From Elusimicrobiota bacterium (GTDB taxonomy: Bacteria; Elusimicrobiota; Elusimicrobia; UBA1565): a DNA stretch of 64,000 nucleotides. This document shows positions 39,856 to 48,858 of this stretch, one piece after another. The position numbers and the translations under genes were made by a program. Each line of letters opens with the position of its first letter. The first letter of the stretch is position 1. The stretch covers positions 64,001-128,000 of the forward strand of contig JBDRPD010000039.1 in the NCBI GenBank assembly GCA_043827405.1. Direction: 5' to 3'. The notes beneath the pieces are model-generated. The model saw only the letters and a list, made by a program, of their open reading frames with translations. It was not told the origin of the DNA and did no database searches.

Positions 39856-41190
39856 TTAGAGGCCTGTTTCGCGCTTCCAGTCCGCGAAAAACTCCTCGTA
39901 GGTCCGGTGGAAGTGCTTGCGAAAAAGCGCCGCTTCGTCGCCGCCGGCGCCCAGCTCCTTGAGGTACTCTACGATGTTGTAGAAGCCTCGCCGCTGTTTG
40001 AGGCGGCGCGCGAGCGACAGGGACATGTCGTACGCGGTAATCGCCTGGCGGGTATCCATTCCGGCAAAGCGCTGCTTGAGCCGTGCCGCCGGCAGAATGC
40101 CGCCCGCTGCGCGCAGCCGGCGCTCGGCCTCGGCGCTGTCCTTGCCTTCCACCAGCTGGGCGAGGCCCTCATTGAGCCATGGCGGGCAGGCGGGGGAAAG
40201 GCGGAAAACCGCCGCATGCGTGTACTCATGAAAGACGACGGCGCGTATCCGTTCCTGTTCGGCGTCGTAGTCGGTGAGCGGGATGCGGATTTTTCCATCG
40301 AACAGCGCGCCCGCCCAGGCGTCGGGCTTGAGCGCGGCGGCGAAATCGACGGGATCGTAGAACAGGACCTGGACGCGGTCTTTGAGCTCAAAGAGCAGCT
40401 CTCGTCCGACCTCCACATGCGCGCGGTCCAGCAGCCGCGAGATGCGGGGCTTCGCGCGGAGAAAGTCCGCCTGCCGGGGACCGCTGTAGTGGAAGTCGAA
40501 GTGGATGGACGAATCGTTCGAAAAGCCGCTTTCGCCTTTGGCCTTGGCGAGCAGCGCGGACATCTGCGCGCTCGCGGAATCCAGCGTCAGCCCCTTCTCC
40601 AGCGTCGTCACGGCCTCCGCGATCCGTCCCTGTTCGTAATAGATTTGCCCCAGCAGGGCGTAGGCTTTGGCCTCGTCCGGGAAATCGCGGACCGTCCTTT
40701 CCAGCTCCGTCGCGGCCTGCAGCGGATCCCCGGACTGATAGGCGCAGTAGCCCGCGGTGTAGGAAAAGACGGCGCGGGAGGGGTCCGTTTCGGCGGCGCT
40801 GCGGAAAGAGGACAACGCGCGTTCGTAGCGTTCCCGGCCGCTTCCTTCTTTGATGGCGCTTTGGCCCTTGTGAAAGTGTGCTGCGGCTAGATTTGCCCGC
40901 AGCGCCTGGTCGGCGAAGTCGTTGTGGCGGGCACGCATGAACTCGGCGATCGCTTCATCGTAGCGGCCGGCTGCCAGGTGTTCGATTCCCAGTTGGTTGT
41001 GGCGCCGAGTCTCGGGATCGACCGCAGCTACGGGACCGGCCTGGACGCCGGCTGCGGGCGCGCTCTTGGGGGCGGCGGTTTCAACCCCGCTCTTCGGCTG
41101 TACGCTTTTTTCGAGCAGGCGCGTCCCGACGGCGAGCAGGGCGCAGAAGAAAATGCCGAGAAACAGCAGGTTTCGGGCGCCCGGGTCCAC
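39856..41190 (-). CDS. Membrane-anchored TPR protein with C-terminal gluzincin (peptidase MA-like) domain
   Basis: N-terminal TM, TPR repeats, HEYTH...PPWLNEGLA. Confidence 0.85.
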   Translation of the reverse strand: MDPGARNLLFLGIFFCALLAVGTRLLEKSVQPKSGVETAAPKSAPAAGVQAGPVAAVDPETRRHNQLGIEHLAAGRYDEAIAEFMRARHNDFADQALRANLAAAHFHKGQSAIKEGSGRERYERALSSFRSAAETDPSRAVFSYTAGYCAYQSGDPLQAATELERTVRDFPDEAKAYALLGQIYYEQGRIAEAVTTLEKGLTLDSASAQMSALLAKAKGESGFSNDSSIHFDFHYSGPRQADFLRAKPRISRLLDRAHVEVGRELLFELKDRVQVLFYDPVDFAAALKPDAWAGALFDGKIRIPLTDYDAEQERIRAVVFHEYTHAAVFRLSPACPPWLNEGLAQLVEGKDSAEAERRLRAAGGILPAARLKQRFAGMDTRQAITAYDMSLSLARRLKQRRGFYNIVEYLKELGAGGDEAALFRKHFHRTYEEFFADWKRETGL

Positions 41191-41204
41191 GCCCTATTTA
41201 AGCA

Positions 41205-43022
41205 TTATGCGCCGCCGTTTCCGCCGTCCGCCCGGCGGCGGCGGGTGCGCTTGTAATCGCCGTAGAGCTCAGCGTAACGGCGGCTCAGGCGCAGCAGCGA
41301 CTCATGGTCGCCTTGCTCCACTATGGTGCCGCGGTCTACGACGTAGATCCGGTCGGCGGCACGTACCGTGGAAAGGCGGTGCGCGATGACGACCGTGGTC
41401 CGGCCGGTGGTCAGGCGGGCGAGCGCCCGCTGCAACGTCTTCTCGGTCGCCGCGTCCATGGCGCTGGTGGCCTCGTCGAGCACGAGGATCGCGGGATCGG
41501 CCAGCAGCGCCCGCACGTAGCACACGACCTGGCGCTCGCCGTGGCTCAGCCGGCCGCCGCGCTCGCCGACATCCGTCGCATAGCCGTCGGCGAGCGCTTC
41601 CAGGACTTCGTGCGCGCCGAGGGATTTCGCGGCGTTGAGTATCTCATCGTCCGTCGCGTCGGGATGTCCGAAGCGCAGGTTGTCCATGACCGTCCCCGAG
41701 AAGAGGTAGCCGTCCTGCGGGATGACGCCGACGTGATCGCGCAGGGACGTGAGCCGGATGTCGCGGACGTCCCGGCCGTCGATGCGGACGTGTCCTTCCT
41801 GGGCTTCGTAGAAGCGGCACAGCAGGGCGATGATCGAGGTCTTGCCGGCGCCGGTATGGCCGACGAAGGCGGCGGTCGTTCCCGGCTCGATCGCGAACGA
41901 GGCGCCGCGCACGATCCAGGGCAGCTCCGGGCCGTAGCGGAAATGGACATGGGAGAACGTCACGCGGCCCTTGACTTCGGACAGAGCGCCGGCGCCGGTC
42001 CGGTCCTGTATCTCCGGCTGGGTGTCGAGGACCTGAAAGACCCGCTCGCCCGCCGCCGCAGCTCCCAGCAGCTCGTTGTAGAGCTCGCCGAGCTGCTCGA
42101 TCGGCTCGAATACCGATTCCAGCAGCAGCAGAAAGGCTACCAGTTCGCCGATCGTCAGCTCGCCGCGCATTACCAGGGCGCCGCCGTATATCAGGATAGC
42201 GGCGCCGCCGATCCCGTAGTGCATCGAGACCGCCGGAAGATACGCCGACCATATCATGATCGTACGCAGGGCCGTCTTCTGCAGCCGGCGGATCAGGCGG
42301 CGTCCTTCGGCCAGGGTTTTATTTTCCTGGACCGTGGCCTGGATGATGCGCATGCCGTTTATCGTCTCGGCGTAGTGCGCGGTCACGCGCGAGAGCGCCG
42401 CTCGCGCATCGCGGTAGGCGCGCATTCCGCGCCGGCGGAATATCTCGGAGGAGAGCACCAGCGTCGGCACGCAGATAATTACCACCAAGGACAGCCGGTA
42501 GTCGTAATAGGCCATGGATGAGAGGGCGAAAATAAGCAGGAATACCGCGCTCGTCAGAATCACCGGCCCCCATACGAGCGGATGCTCCAGGGCGTCCACG
42601 TCGCGGTCCACGCGCGCGATGATGCGTCCATGCTGGGTGCGGTCAAAGAAGCTCATCGACAGCGTCTGCACATGCTCGAATACCGCGCGCCGCATGTCGC
42701 CAAGGATGCGCTGGCCGCAGCGGGCCAGCAGACGGATCTCGACGATGATCCAGCAGGCGCGCAGCAGCGTATTGCCGGCGTAGGCCAGACAGACGAGGGC
42801 CAGTCCCGTTTCCGCTCCCGCGACGAGATAGCTGTCGATCGCGATGCGCACCAGATGCGGACCGGCGAGATAGGAGAAGCACCAGCCGATCTCCATCACC
42901 AGCGCCGTCACGATCGGTTTCCGGTAGGGAGCGATGAACCCGCCCAGACGCCGCATGTTGGTCCAGGTCGGCCGCGCCTGCGCGAGCTCCTCTTCCAGCC
43001 GCCAGTCCTTGCTATCCGCCAT
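41205..43022 (-). CDS. ABC exporter half-transporter (heterodimer subunit with catalytic Glu)
   Basis: TMD + NBD: GHTGAGKT, degenerate signature LSHGE, LDEATS, IAHR. Confidence 0.93.
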   Translation of the reverse strand: MADSKDWRLEEELAQARPTWTNMRRLGGFIAPYRKPIVTALVMEIGWCFSYLAGPHLVRIAIDSYLVAGAETGLALVCLAYAGNTLLRACWIIVEIRLLARCGQRILGDMRRAVFEHVQTLSMSFFDRTQHGRIIARVDRDVDALEHPLVWGPVILTSAVFLLIFALSSMAYYDYRLSLVVIICVPTLVLSSEIFRRRGMRAYRDARAALSRVTAHYAETINGMRIIQATVQENKTLAEGRRLIRRLQKTALRTIMIWSAYLPAVSMHYGIGGAAILIYGGALVMRGELTIGELVAFLLLLESVFEPIEQLGELYNELLGAAAAGERVFQVLDTQPEIQDRTGAGALSEVKGRVTFSHVHFRYGPELPWIVRGASFAIEPGTTAAFVGHTGAGKTSIIALLCRFYEAQEGHVRIDGRDVRDIRLTSLRDHVGVIPQDGYLFSGTVMDNLRFGHPDATDDEILNAAKSLGAHEVLEALADGYATDVGERGGRLSHGERQVVCYVRALLADPAILVLDEATSAMDAATEKTLQRALARLTTGRTTVVIAHRLSTVRAADRIYVVDRGTIVEQGDHESLLRLSRRYAELYGDYKRTRRRRADGGNGGA

Positions 43023-44811
43023 GGCCTTGCTCCACAGCGGCGGGCGCGGCGTCCAAGACCTGTCCCGCGAATAGTTCGCGGTAGACCGCGCAGCGAGCGA
43101 ACAGGTCCTCATGGGTGCCGGAGTCGATGACGCGCCCCGCTTCGACCACGATCACGCGGTCCGCCAGGAGTACGCCCGAAAGCCGCTGGGTGACGATCAG
43201 GGTGGTGCGGCCCGTCGCCGCGTCGTGCAGCGCCTCGACCAGGCCGCGCTCGGTCTGCGCGTCAACGCTCGCCATGGCGTCATCGAGCACTAAAATGCGC
43301 GGGTCGGCGAGAAGCGCGCGCGCGATAGCGACCCGCTGCTTCTGTCCGCCGCTCAAGGTCACTCCCCGCTCGCCGACTACGGTCTCTAGTCCGTCGGAGA
43401 GCTCTTCGACGAAGGCGGCGAGCTGCGCCGTTCCGGCGGCGGCCAGGATTTTCTCGTCGTTCGCCTCGTCCATCGCGAATGCCAGGTTCTCGCGGAGCGT
43501 GGCGGAGAACAGAAAGGTCTCCTGGAAAACGCAGCCGATCGCGCGACGCAGGTCCTTTAGGGGGAGCCGGCGTATATCCGTTCCATCGAGACGGATGCTC
43601 CCCGACTGCGGGTCGAAGAACCGCAGCAGCAAAGAGATTAGGGTCGACTTGCCGCAGCCGGTCGGGCCGACGAGCGCCACGCATTCTCCGGGACGCACCG
43701 CGAAAGACAGCTCATTGAGCACGCGCTCGCTGCCGGGGTAGCCGAAGGCGACCGCCGCGAATTCCAGGGCGCCGCGCCCCGGCGGCAGGACGGAGGGGGA
43801 GCTGTCCTGGGGGACCGTATGCGGGCTGTCGATGAGCTCGAAGAGCCGCTGGGCGCTTACGCCCGCCTCCTGCGAGATCGCGACGAGACGGGTCAGGCTG
43901 TGCAGTTCGTGGAATATCCTGCCCGCGTAGAAGAGGCAGGCCACGACCGCGCCTTTGGCCAGGGTGCCCGCGATGACGAGCTTGCCGCCGAGCAGCAGGA
44001 TCAGCGGTACGCTGAGCCCGAAGAGCGTATGCGCCAGCGGCATGCGGAGGCTCCAGAAGTCGGTGACGTCGATGGTGCTGTTGACATAATGGTCGAGCTT
44101 GCCGACGAAGCGCGTGCGCTGGGCGCCTTCTCGGCCGAAGGATTTAACGATCTTTACCCCCTCGATATTTTCCTTTATGTCGAGCGCGACCCCGTCATAG
44201 ACGTCGTCCGCCTTGCGGTTGAGCGGTTGCAGACCTCGCGCCGTCCAGTAGAGCAGGCTGGCGCTCAGCAGGAAGCAGACGGCGGTCACGGCGGCCAGCA
44301 GCGCGCTGCGCGCTGCTATCAGAACGAAGGTTCCCACGACCATGAGGCTCAGCTGGATGAGGGTAAATATTACGATCCCGAAAAACGGCTGCATCTTCTG
44401 GATGTCGCGCGATACGCGCGCGATGATTTGTCCCGAGTCGTGTTTGCCGTAGAATACGGGAGAGAGTACGTGGAGCTTCTCCAGCGCCTCCTCACGCAGG
44501 TCGGCAACGAGGCCCTGCACCATGGCGCCGCGCGCGGCGTTGTAGCCGAATCGGAAGAGGTTCATCAGCGCCGTAACGCCGAAAAAAAGCGCAGCGTAGC
44601 GCAGCCCGACGCGCGCGATTTCACCGGAAGCGGCATCGGCGGATTCCAGGGCGTCTACGGCGCTGCCGAGGATCCACGGGCGGGCCAGCGCCATGGCGAT
44701 GCCGGCGAGCAGGAACGCCGCCGCCGACGCGGTCAGCTTCGGCGCGGTCGCGAGCCTCCGGATCATTTTCCGGTAGGACGGCCACAATTTTTCCTGCTTC
44801 TCTTCGTCCAT
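43012..44811 (-). CDS. ABC exporter half-transporter (heterodimer subunit, degenerate site)
   Basis: TMD + NBD: GPTGCGKS, LSGGQ, Walker B LDD and switch TQR (non-canonical). Confidence 0.93.
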   Translation of the reverse strand: MDEEKQEKLWPSYRKMIRRLATAPKLTASAAAFLLAGIAMALARPWILGSAVDALESADAASGEIARVGLRYAALFFGVTALMNLFRFGYNAARGAMVQGLVADLREEALEKLHVLSPVFYGKHDSGQIIARVSRDIQKMQPFFGIVIFTLIQLSLMVVGTFVLIAARSALLAAVTAVCFLLSASLLYWTARGLQPLNRKADDVYDGVALDIKENIEGVKIVKSFGREGAQRTRFVGKLDHYVNSTIDVTDFWSLRMPLAHTLFGLSVPLILLLGGKLVIAGTLAKGAVVACLFYAGRIFHELHSLTRLVAISQEAGVSAQRLFELIDSPHTVPQDSSPSVLPPGRGALEFAAVAFGYPGSERVLNELSFAVRPGECVALVGPTGCGKSTLISLLLRFFDPQSGSIRLDGTDIRRLPLKDLRRAIGCVFQETFLFSATLRENLAFAMDEANDEKILAAAGTAQLAAFVEELSDGLETVVGERGVTLSGGQKQRVAIARALLADPRILVLDDAMASVDAQTERGLVEALHDAATGRTTLIVTQRLSGVLLADRVIVVEAGRVIDSGTHEDLFARCAVYRELFAGQVLDAAPAAVEQGHGG

Positions 44812-44816
44812 CGATT

Positions 44817-44847
44817 AAAAAAGCCCGCTGGACCGATGCCCAGCGGG
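44817..44847 (-). terminator. Intrinsic terminator in the leader of the ABC exporter operon (attenuator)
   Basis: Minus strand CCCGCTGG-8 nt-CCAGCGGG-C-TTTTTT, ending 5 nt before ATG 44811. Confidence 0.7.
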
Positions 44848-44942
44848 AACATTCGACATGCGGTTTCCCGTGACCCCTGCGCCGTCATTTTACCAGGATG
44901 GAGCCGGTATTTCAATAGCGCCGCGCGCCGTTAATTATATTC

Positions 44943-44971
44943 TTGAATTGTGCAAATTCTTGTGATACGCT
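44943..44971 (+). promoter_or_regulatory. Sigma70 promoter for 44987 gene
   Basis: TTGAAT-17 nt-TACGCT with TGn extension. Confidence 0.5.
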
Positions 44972-44986
44972 AGACAAGTAATCCGC

Positions 44987-45532
44987 ATGACTGAAGAGAG
45001 CGAAAACAAGCCGCCGCCCAGACCCAAGCTGCCGCCGAAGCCGGGCCAACCGGCGCCGGCGGCGAGCCCGCCGCCGCAGCCCGCGCCCGCCGCACCCGGC
45101 GGGATGCCGCCTGCACCCGGCGGGATGCAGCCCGGACCCGGCGGGATGCCGCCCGGACCCGGCGCGATGCAGCCCGGACCCGGCGCAATGCCGCAGCAGA
45201 TGCCGGCCGCCCCGTCGCCGCCGCCGCGCCCCTGTCCTATTTGCAGCCAGCAGTTGACCTATATCCCGTACTACCAGGCCTGGTACTGCTATAACTGCCA
45301 AAAGAACCCCGATACGTCGCAGCCGCAGCGCCGGCGCTTTTGTTCCTTTTGCGGCGGCGGCCTAACCTATGTCGATCAGTACCAGTCGTGGTACTGCATG
45401 GCTTGCCAGCGCTATCCTGACCAGGCCTCGGCGCCCGCCCAGCATACCTGTCCGGCCTGCGGCGGCGGCCTGGGCTACGTGCCTCAGTATCAGGCATGGT
45501 ACTGTTACGCCTGTCAGAACTACGCGAACTGA
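44987..45532 (+). CDS. Pro/Gly-rich protein with three zinc-ribbon repeats
   Basis: Three CxxC-xx-LxYxxxYQxWYCxxC units after a Pro-rich N-terminus. Confidence 0.8.
   Translation: MTEESENKPPPRPKLPPKPGQPAPAASPPPQPAPAAPGGMPPAPGGMQPGPGGMPPGPGAMQPGPGAMPQQMPAAPSPPPRPCPICSQQLTYIPYYQAWYCYNCQKNPDTSQPQRRRFCSFCGGGLTYVDQYQSWYCMACQRYPDQASAPAQHTCPACGGGLGYVPQYQAWYCYACQNYAN
45095..45193 (+). repeat. Coding tandem repeat, 21-bp unit x ~4.7
   Basis: CCCGGCG(G/C)GATGC(C/A)GCC(T/C)G(C/G)A units encoding PG(G/A)M(P/Q)P(A/G). Confidence 0.9.
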
Positions 45533-45574
45533 TCGGCGCGCGTTTTTTGTAGAATATACTCCCGCCCGTTAAAC

Positions 45575-45646
45575 GCGCTCATGGTGAAACGGATATCACG
45601 ACAGCCTCCGGAGCTGTAAGTTCAGGTTCGATTCCTGATGAGCGCA
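45575..45646 (+). tRNA. tRNA-Arg(CCG)
   Basis: Acceptor GCGCTCA/TGAGCGC; anticodon arm ACAGC-CTCCGGA-GCTGT; T arm with GGTTCGATTCC; CCA not encoded in register. Confidence 0.95.
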
Positions 45647-45720
45647 AACCATTTCTAAAATAACAGCTCTGCTTCTTTTCCCAGTAAACATGCCTGGCAC
45701 CTTTACTGGAGCGCGGGGTT

Positions 45721-46023
45721 TTATTTTTGTTCGGCGGCCGGGGGCTTCGCCGCTTCTTTTTTAGCGATGGCGGCGGACGTGCGGGCGGCGAAGACGAAGA
45801 AGGCGATCGCGACGACGGAGGCGATGACCATTTTCGCCATCTCGCCGGAAGGCGGGCGGCCCGGTCGCCCCGCGCCGCGCATCAGGAAGCCGATGATGAT
45901 CGACGCCACCGAGGCGGTCAGCAGATAGGGCAGCGCGAACGCGCCGCCGAGATAGCCCTTGATGCCGCCCATCATCAGGCAGAAGCCGAAATAGAGCAGG
46001 GCGTAGGTCAGGGTCGTCGCCAT
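45721..46023 (-). CDS. Small hypothetical membrane protein (3 TM)
   Basis: Hydrophobic ORF 9 nt downstream of alaS on the same strand. Confidence 0.65.
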   Translation of the reverse strand: MATTLTYALLYFGFCLMMGGIKGYLGGAFALPYLLTASVASIIIGFLMRGAGRPGRPPSGEMAKMVIASVVAIAFFVFAARTSAAIAKKEAAKPPAAEQK

Positions 46024-46032
46024 ATGCCGGAT

Positions 46033-48753
46033 CTAGGACAGCGTCTCTTTGACCGTATTAATCAGCATTTCCCAGTCGACATCCGGCCCGCCGCCCTGGG
46101 CAAAGTCCTTGCGGCCGCCGCCCTTGCCCTTCTGCGCCTCGGCTACCGCTTTGGCGATCTTGGAGGCGTCGACGCCCTTGCCGACCAGGTCCTGGGTGAC
46201 GCTGACGACGAACGACAGCTTGTGGTCGTTCGCCGCGCCGAGAAACACCACCCCGGTGCCGAGTTCGCGCTTGACTTGATCGGAGATCGTGCGCAGCGTC
46301 TGCAGCTCGGCGCTGTCGAACTTCTGCACTGAGAGCTTGATGCCGCCAACCTCGAGCAGCATCAGTCCGATCTGCGCCTGCTGCATAAGCTTCTCGCGTT
46401 TGAGGTCGGTGAGCTGGCGCCGGTGCTTCTTGTCCAGCTTCTCCATCAAAGCCAAGGCCTTGTCGATCTCGGCGGCCGGCGCGGTCTCGGGGTCGGGCAG
46501 GTCGCGCAGCACGTCCCGATACGGGAGTCCCGAAACGGACTGGATCTTCGAGGTGATGACGATATAATCCTTAAGCGCCGTTTTGAGCGCTTCGCGCTTG
46601 AGGTTTTCTTCCTGCCGCTCACGCTCATCGAGCGCGGGCCCCGCGACAGCCTCGATGCGGCGAATGCCGGCGGCGACCGAGCTCTGCTTGATGACCTTGA
46701 ACTGTTTGATCTCGCCCGTGCGCTTGACGTGGGTGCCGCCGCAGAGCTCGAGGCTGAAGCGGTCCTGCGGGTCGTCCCAGCCGCGGGCGCCGATCAGCAG
46801 GAAGCGGGGCTTCTCGCCGTAGTTTTCGCCCAGCAGCGTGCGGGCGTTGAGCGTCTTGGCGTCCTCGGCCGCCCGTTCCTGCGCGGCGACGGTATAATCA
46901 GCCAGAATCGCTTCGTTGGCGATCTCTTCGATCTTCCATATCTCGTCGCGGTCGAGCGGTTCCGGGTAGGTGAAGTCGAAGCGCAGGCGATCGGGCGCTA
47001 CGAATGAGCCGGCCTGCCGGATCGTATCGCCCAGGATGCGCTGCAGCGCTTCATTGAGCAGATGCGTCGCCGTATGATGGTAGGCGGTGGTCCGACGGCG
47101 GGCGAGGTCGACGCGCGCCAGTACGCGCGTTCCCGGACGAATCTCCTTATGCGCGATGATCCGGTGTATGATAAGCCCGGGGAGGGGTTTTTGCGTATCC
47201 ACCACCTTGGCCACGATCTTTTCCGTGACGTCGTCGAGGAGTTCTCCTGCGTCGCCGACCTGGCCGCCGCCTTCCGGATAGAAGGGGGTGCGCACCAGAA
47301 GGATTTCGCCCTCGTCGCCGGGGGCGAGCGTCGCTTGGCCGCCGATGATGGCGGAGATCTTGGTCTCTTGTTCCGTCTTCGTGTAGCCGACAAATTCGCT
47401 GGCATAGCCTTCGGCGGCATAGCGCTGATACTTGTCCTTCGAGGTTTCGCCCGAGCCCTTCCAGCCGGCACGTGCGGTCTCGACCGCCTTTTCCTGCGCC
47501 GTATGGAAGCTCTTTTCGTCGAGGGTGATTCCTTTCGCCTGGCAGATCTCGCGCGTCAGCTCAAGGGGAAAGCCGAAGCTGTCGTAGAGCTTGAAGGCCT
47601 GCTCGCCGGACAGGCGCTTGTCATTGCTTTTCAGGATGTCCTGCAGTTCGCGCTCGCCCTTCTCGAGCGTCTCCAGGAAACGCTTCTCTTCAGCCATAAG
47701 CGTCGCTTCGACCTGCGGCCGCGACGCGCCCAGCTCCGGATAGGTGTCGTTGAAGATCGCGATGGCCGGCTTGACGAGAGTGTGCAGAAACGGCTCTTTG
47801 GCGCCGAGCAGCCGCCCGTAGCGCGAGGCGCGGCGGATGAGGCGGCGCAGGACATAGCCCCGTTCGACGTTCGATGGGATGATCCCCTCCGCGGTGAGCA
47901 TTACGGCGGCGCGGATATGGTCCGAGATGATGCGGTAGGCCGTTTCCGTTTCGGCCTGCTCTTTGGGGACCAGGCCGGTGAAGACGGGCGCCGGTACGCC
48001 GAGGTGTTCCGACGCGGCTTGGCGGATGGGATCGAAGAGGCTGGTCTGAAAGGGGCTCGCTTTGCCTTCCACCAGCATGGCTAAACGTTCGAGCCCCATT
48101 CCGGTATCGATGTTCTGGTTCGGCAGGGTCTTGAGCGACCCATCCTCCTGCCGGTTGAACTGCATGAAGACCAGGTTCCAGATTTCGATGTAGCGGTCGC
48201 CGTCACCGCCCACGACGTCTCCGGGTCCCCGGCCCATCTCCGGCCCGAGGTCGTAATAGATCTCGGAGCAGGGGCCGCAGGGGCCGGTTTCGCCCATGGC
48301 CCAGTAGTTGGTGTCTTCGCCCAGACGGTAGATCTCGTTCGGGATGCCTTCCTTTTCCCACAGCTTTTCGGCTTCGTCATCGTCCTTGAATATCGTCACG
48401 TACAGGCGCTTCGGGTCGAGGCCTATGACATGGGTCAGGAAATCCCAGGCAAAGTGGATCGCGTCCTGCTTGAAGTAATCGCCGAATGAGAAATTGCCGA
48501 GCATCTCGAAGAACGTCATGTGCCTGATCGTGGTGCCGACGATGTCGATGTCGACGGTGCGGAAGCACTTCTGGCAGGAGGCCGCGCGGTTGGTGCCCGT
48601 TTTAAGCCCCAGGAAGTAGGGCTTGAAGGGCACCATGCCGGCGATGTTGAACATGACCGTCGTATCGCCCTCAGGGATAAGCGGCGTGGATGCCGTTATG
48701 TGATGGCCCTTGTGGTCAAAATAAGTAAGGAATTTCTCGCGTAAATCACTCAC
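46033..48753 (-). CDS. alaS: Alanine--tRNA ligase
   Basis: FFEMLGNFSFGDYFK, GPCGPCSE, DTGMGLER, editing HTATH and ELCGGTH, C-terminal GGGR..FAQGGG. Confidence 0.98.
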   Translation of the reverse strand: MSDLREKFLTYFDHKGHHITASTPLIPEGDTTVMFNIAGMVPFKPYFLGLKTGTNRAASCQKCFRTVDIDIVGTTIRHMTFFEMLGNFSFGDYFKQDAIHFAWDFLTHVIGLDPKRLYVTIFKDDDEAEKLWEKEGIPNEIYRLGEDTNYWAMGETGPCGPCSEIYYDLGPEMGRGPGDVVGGDGDRYIEIWNLVFMQFNRQEDGSLKTLPNQNIDTGMGLERLAMLVEGKASPFQTSLFDPIRQAASEHLGVPAPVFTGLVPKEQAETETAYRIISDHIRAAVMLTAEGIIPSNVERGYVLRRLIRRASRYGRLLGAKEPFLHTLVKPAIAIFNDTYPELGASRPQVEATLMAEEKRFLETLEKGERELQDILKSNDKRLSGEQAFKLYDSFGFPLELTREICQAKGITLDEKSFHTAQEKAVETARAGWKGSGETSKDKYQRYAAEGYASEFVGYTKTEQETKISAIIGGQATLAPGDEGEILLVRTPFYPEGGGQVGDAGELLDDVTEKIVAKVVDTQKPLPGLIIHRIIAHKEIRPGTRVLARVDLARRRTTAYHHTATHLLNEALQRILGDTIRQAGSFVAPDRLRFDFTYPEPLDRDEIWKIEEIANEAILADYTVAAQERAAEDAKTLNARTLLGENYGEKPRFLLIGARGWDDPQDRFSLELCGGTHVKRTGEIKQFKVIKQSSVAAGIRRIEAVAGPALDERERQEENLKREALKTALKDYIVITSKIQSVSGLPYRDVLRDLPDPETAPAAEIDKALALMEKLDKKHRRQLTDLKREKLMQQAQIGLMLLEVGGIKLSVQKFDSAELQTLRTISDQVKRELGTGVVFLGAANDHKLSFVVSVTQDLVGKGVDASKIAKAVAEAQKGKGGGRKDFAQGGGPDVDWEMLINTVKETLS

Positions 48754-48782
48754 GTGCTCATTGTAGCAAACAACGTCCGGTC

Positions 48783-48851
48783 CCTGTTATTAACATTAAC
48801 TTTTTACTTCTTTGTGTTGTGAGATCTAGAAAAGTTAATGTTAATAACAGG
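48783..48851. repeat. Perfect 22-bp AT-rich inverted repeat with 25-bp spacer
   Basis: CCTGTTATTAACATTAACTTTT (48783-48804) and AAAAGTTAATGTTAATAACAGG (48830-48851). Confidence 0.95.
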
Positions 48852-48858
48852 TACCGAA

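Noticed and set aside
45095..45193. Tandem repeats as a possible CRISPR array
   Set aside because: Contiguous in-frame 21-bp coding units without spacers; no cas genes.
45575..45720. tRNA-Arg as an integration site
   Set aside because: No integrase nearby and no duplicate of the tRNA 3' end noticed in the window.
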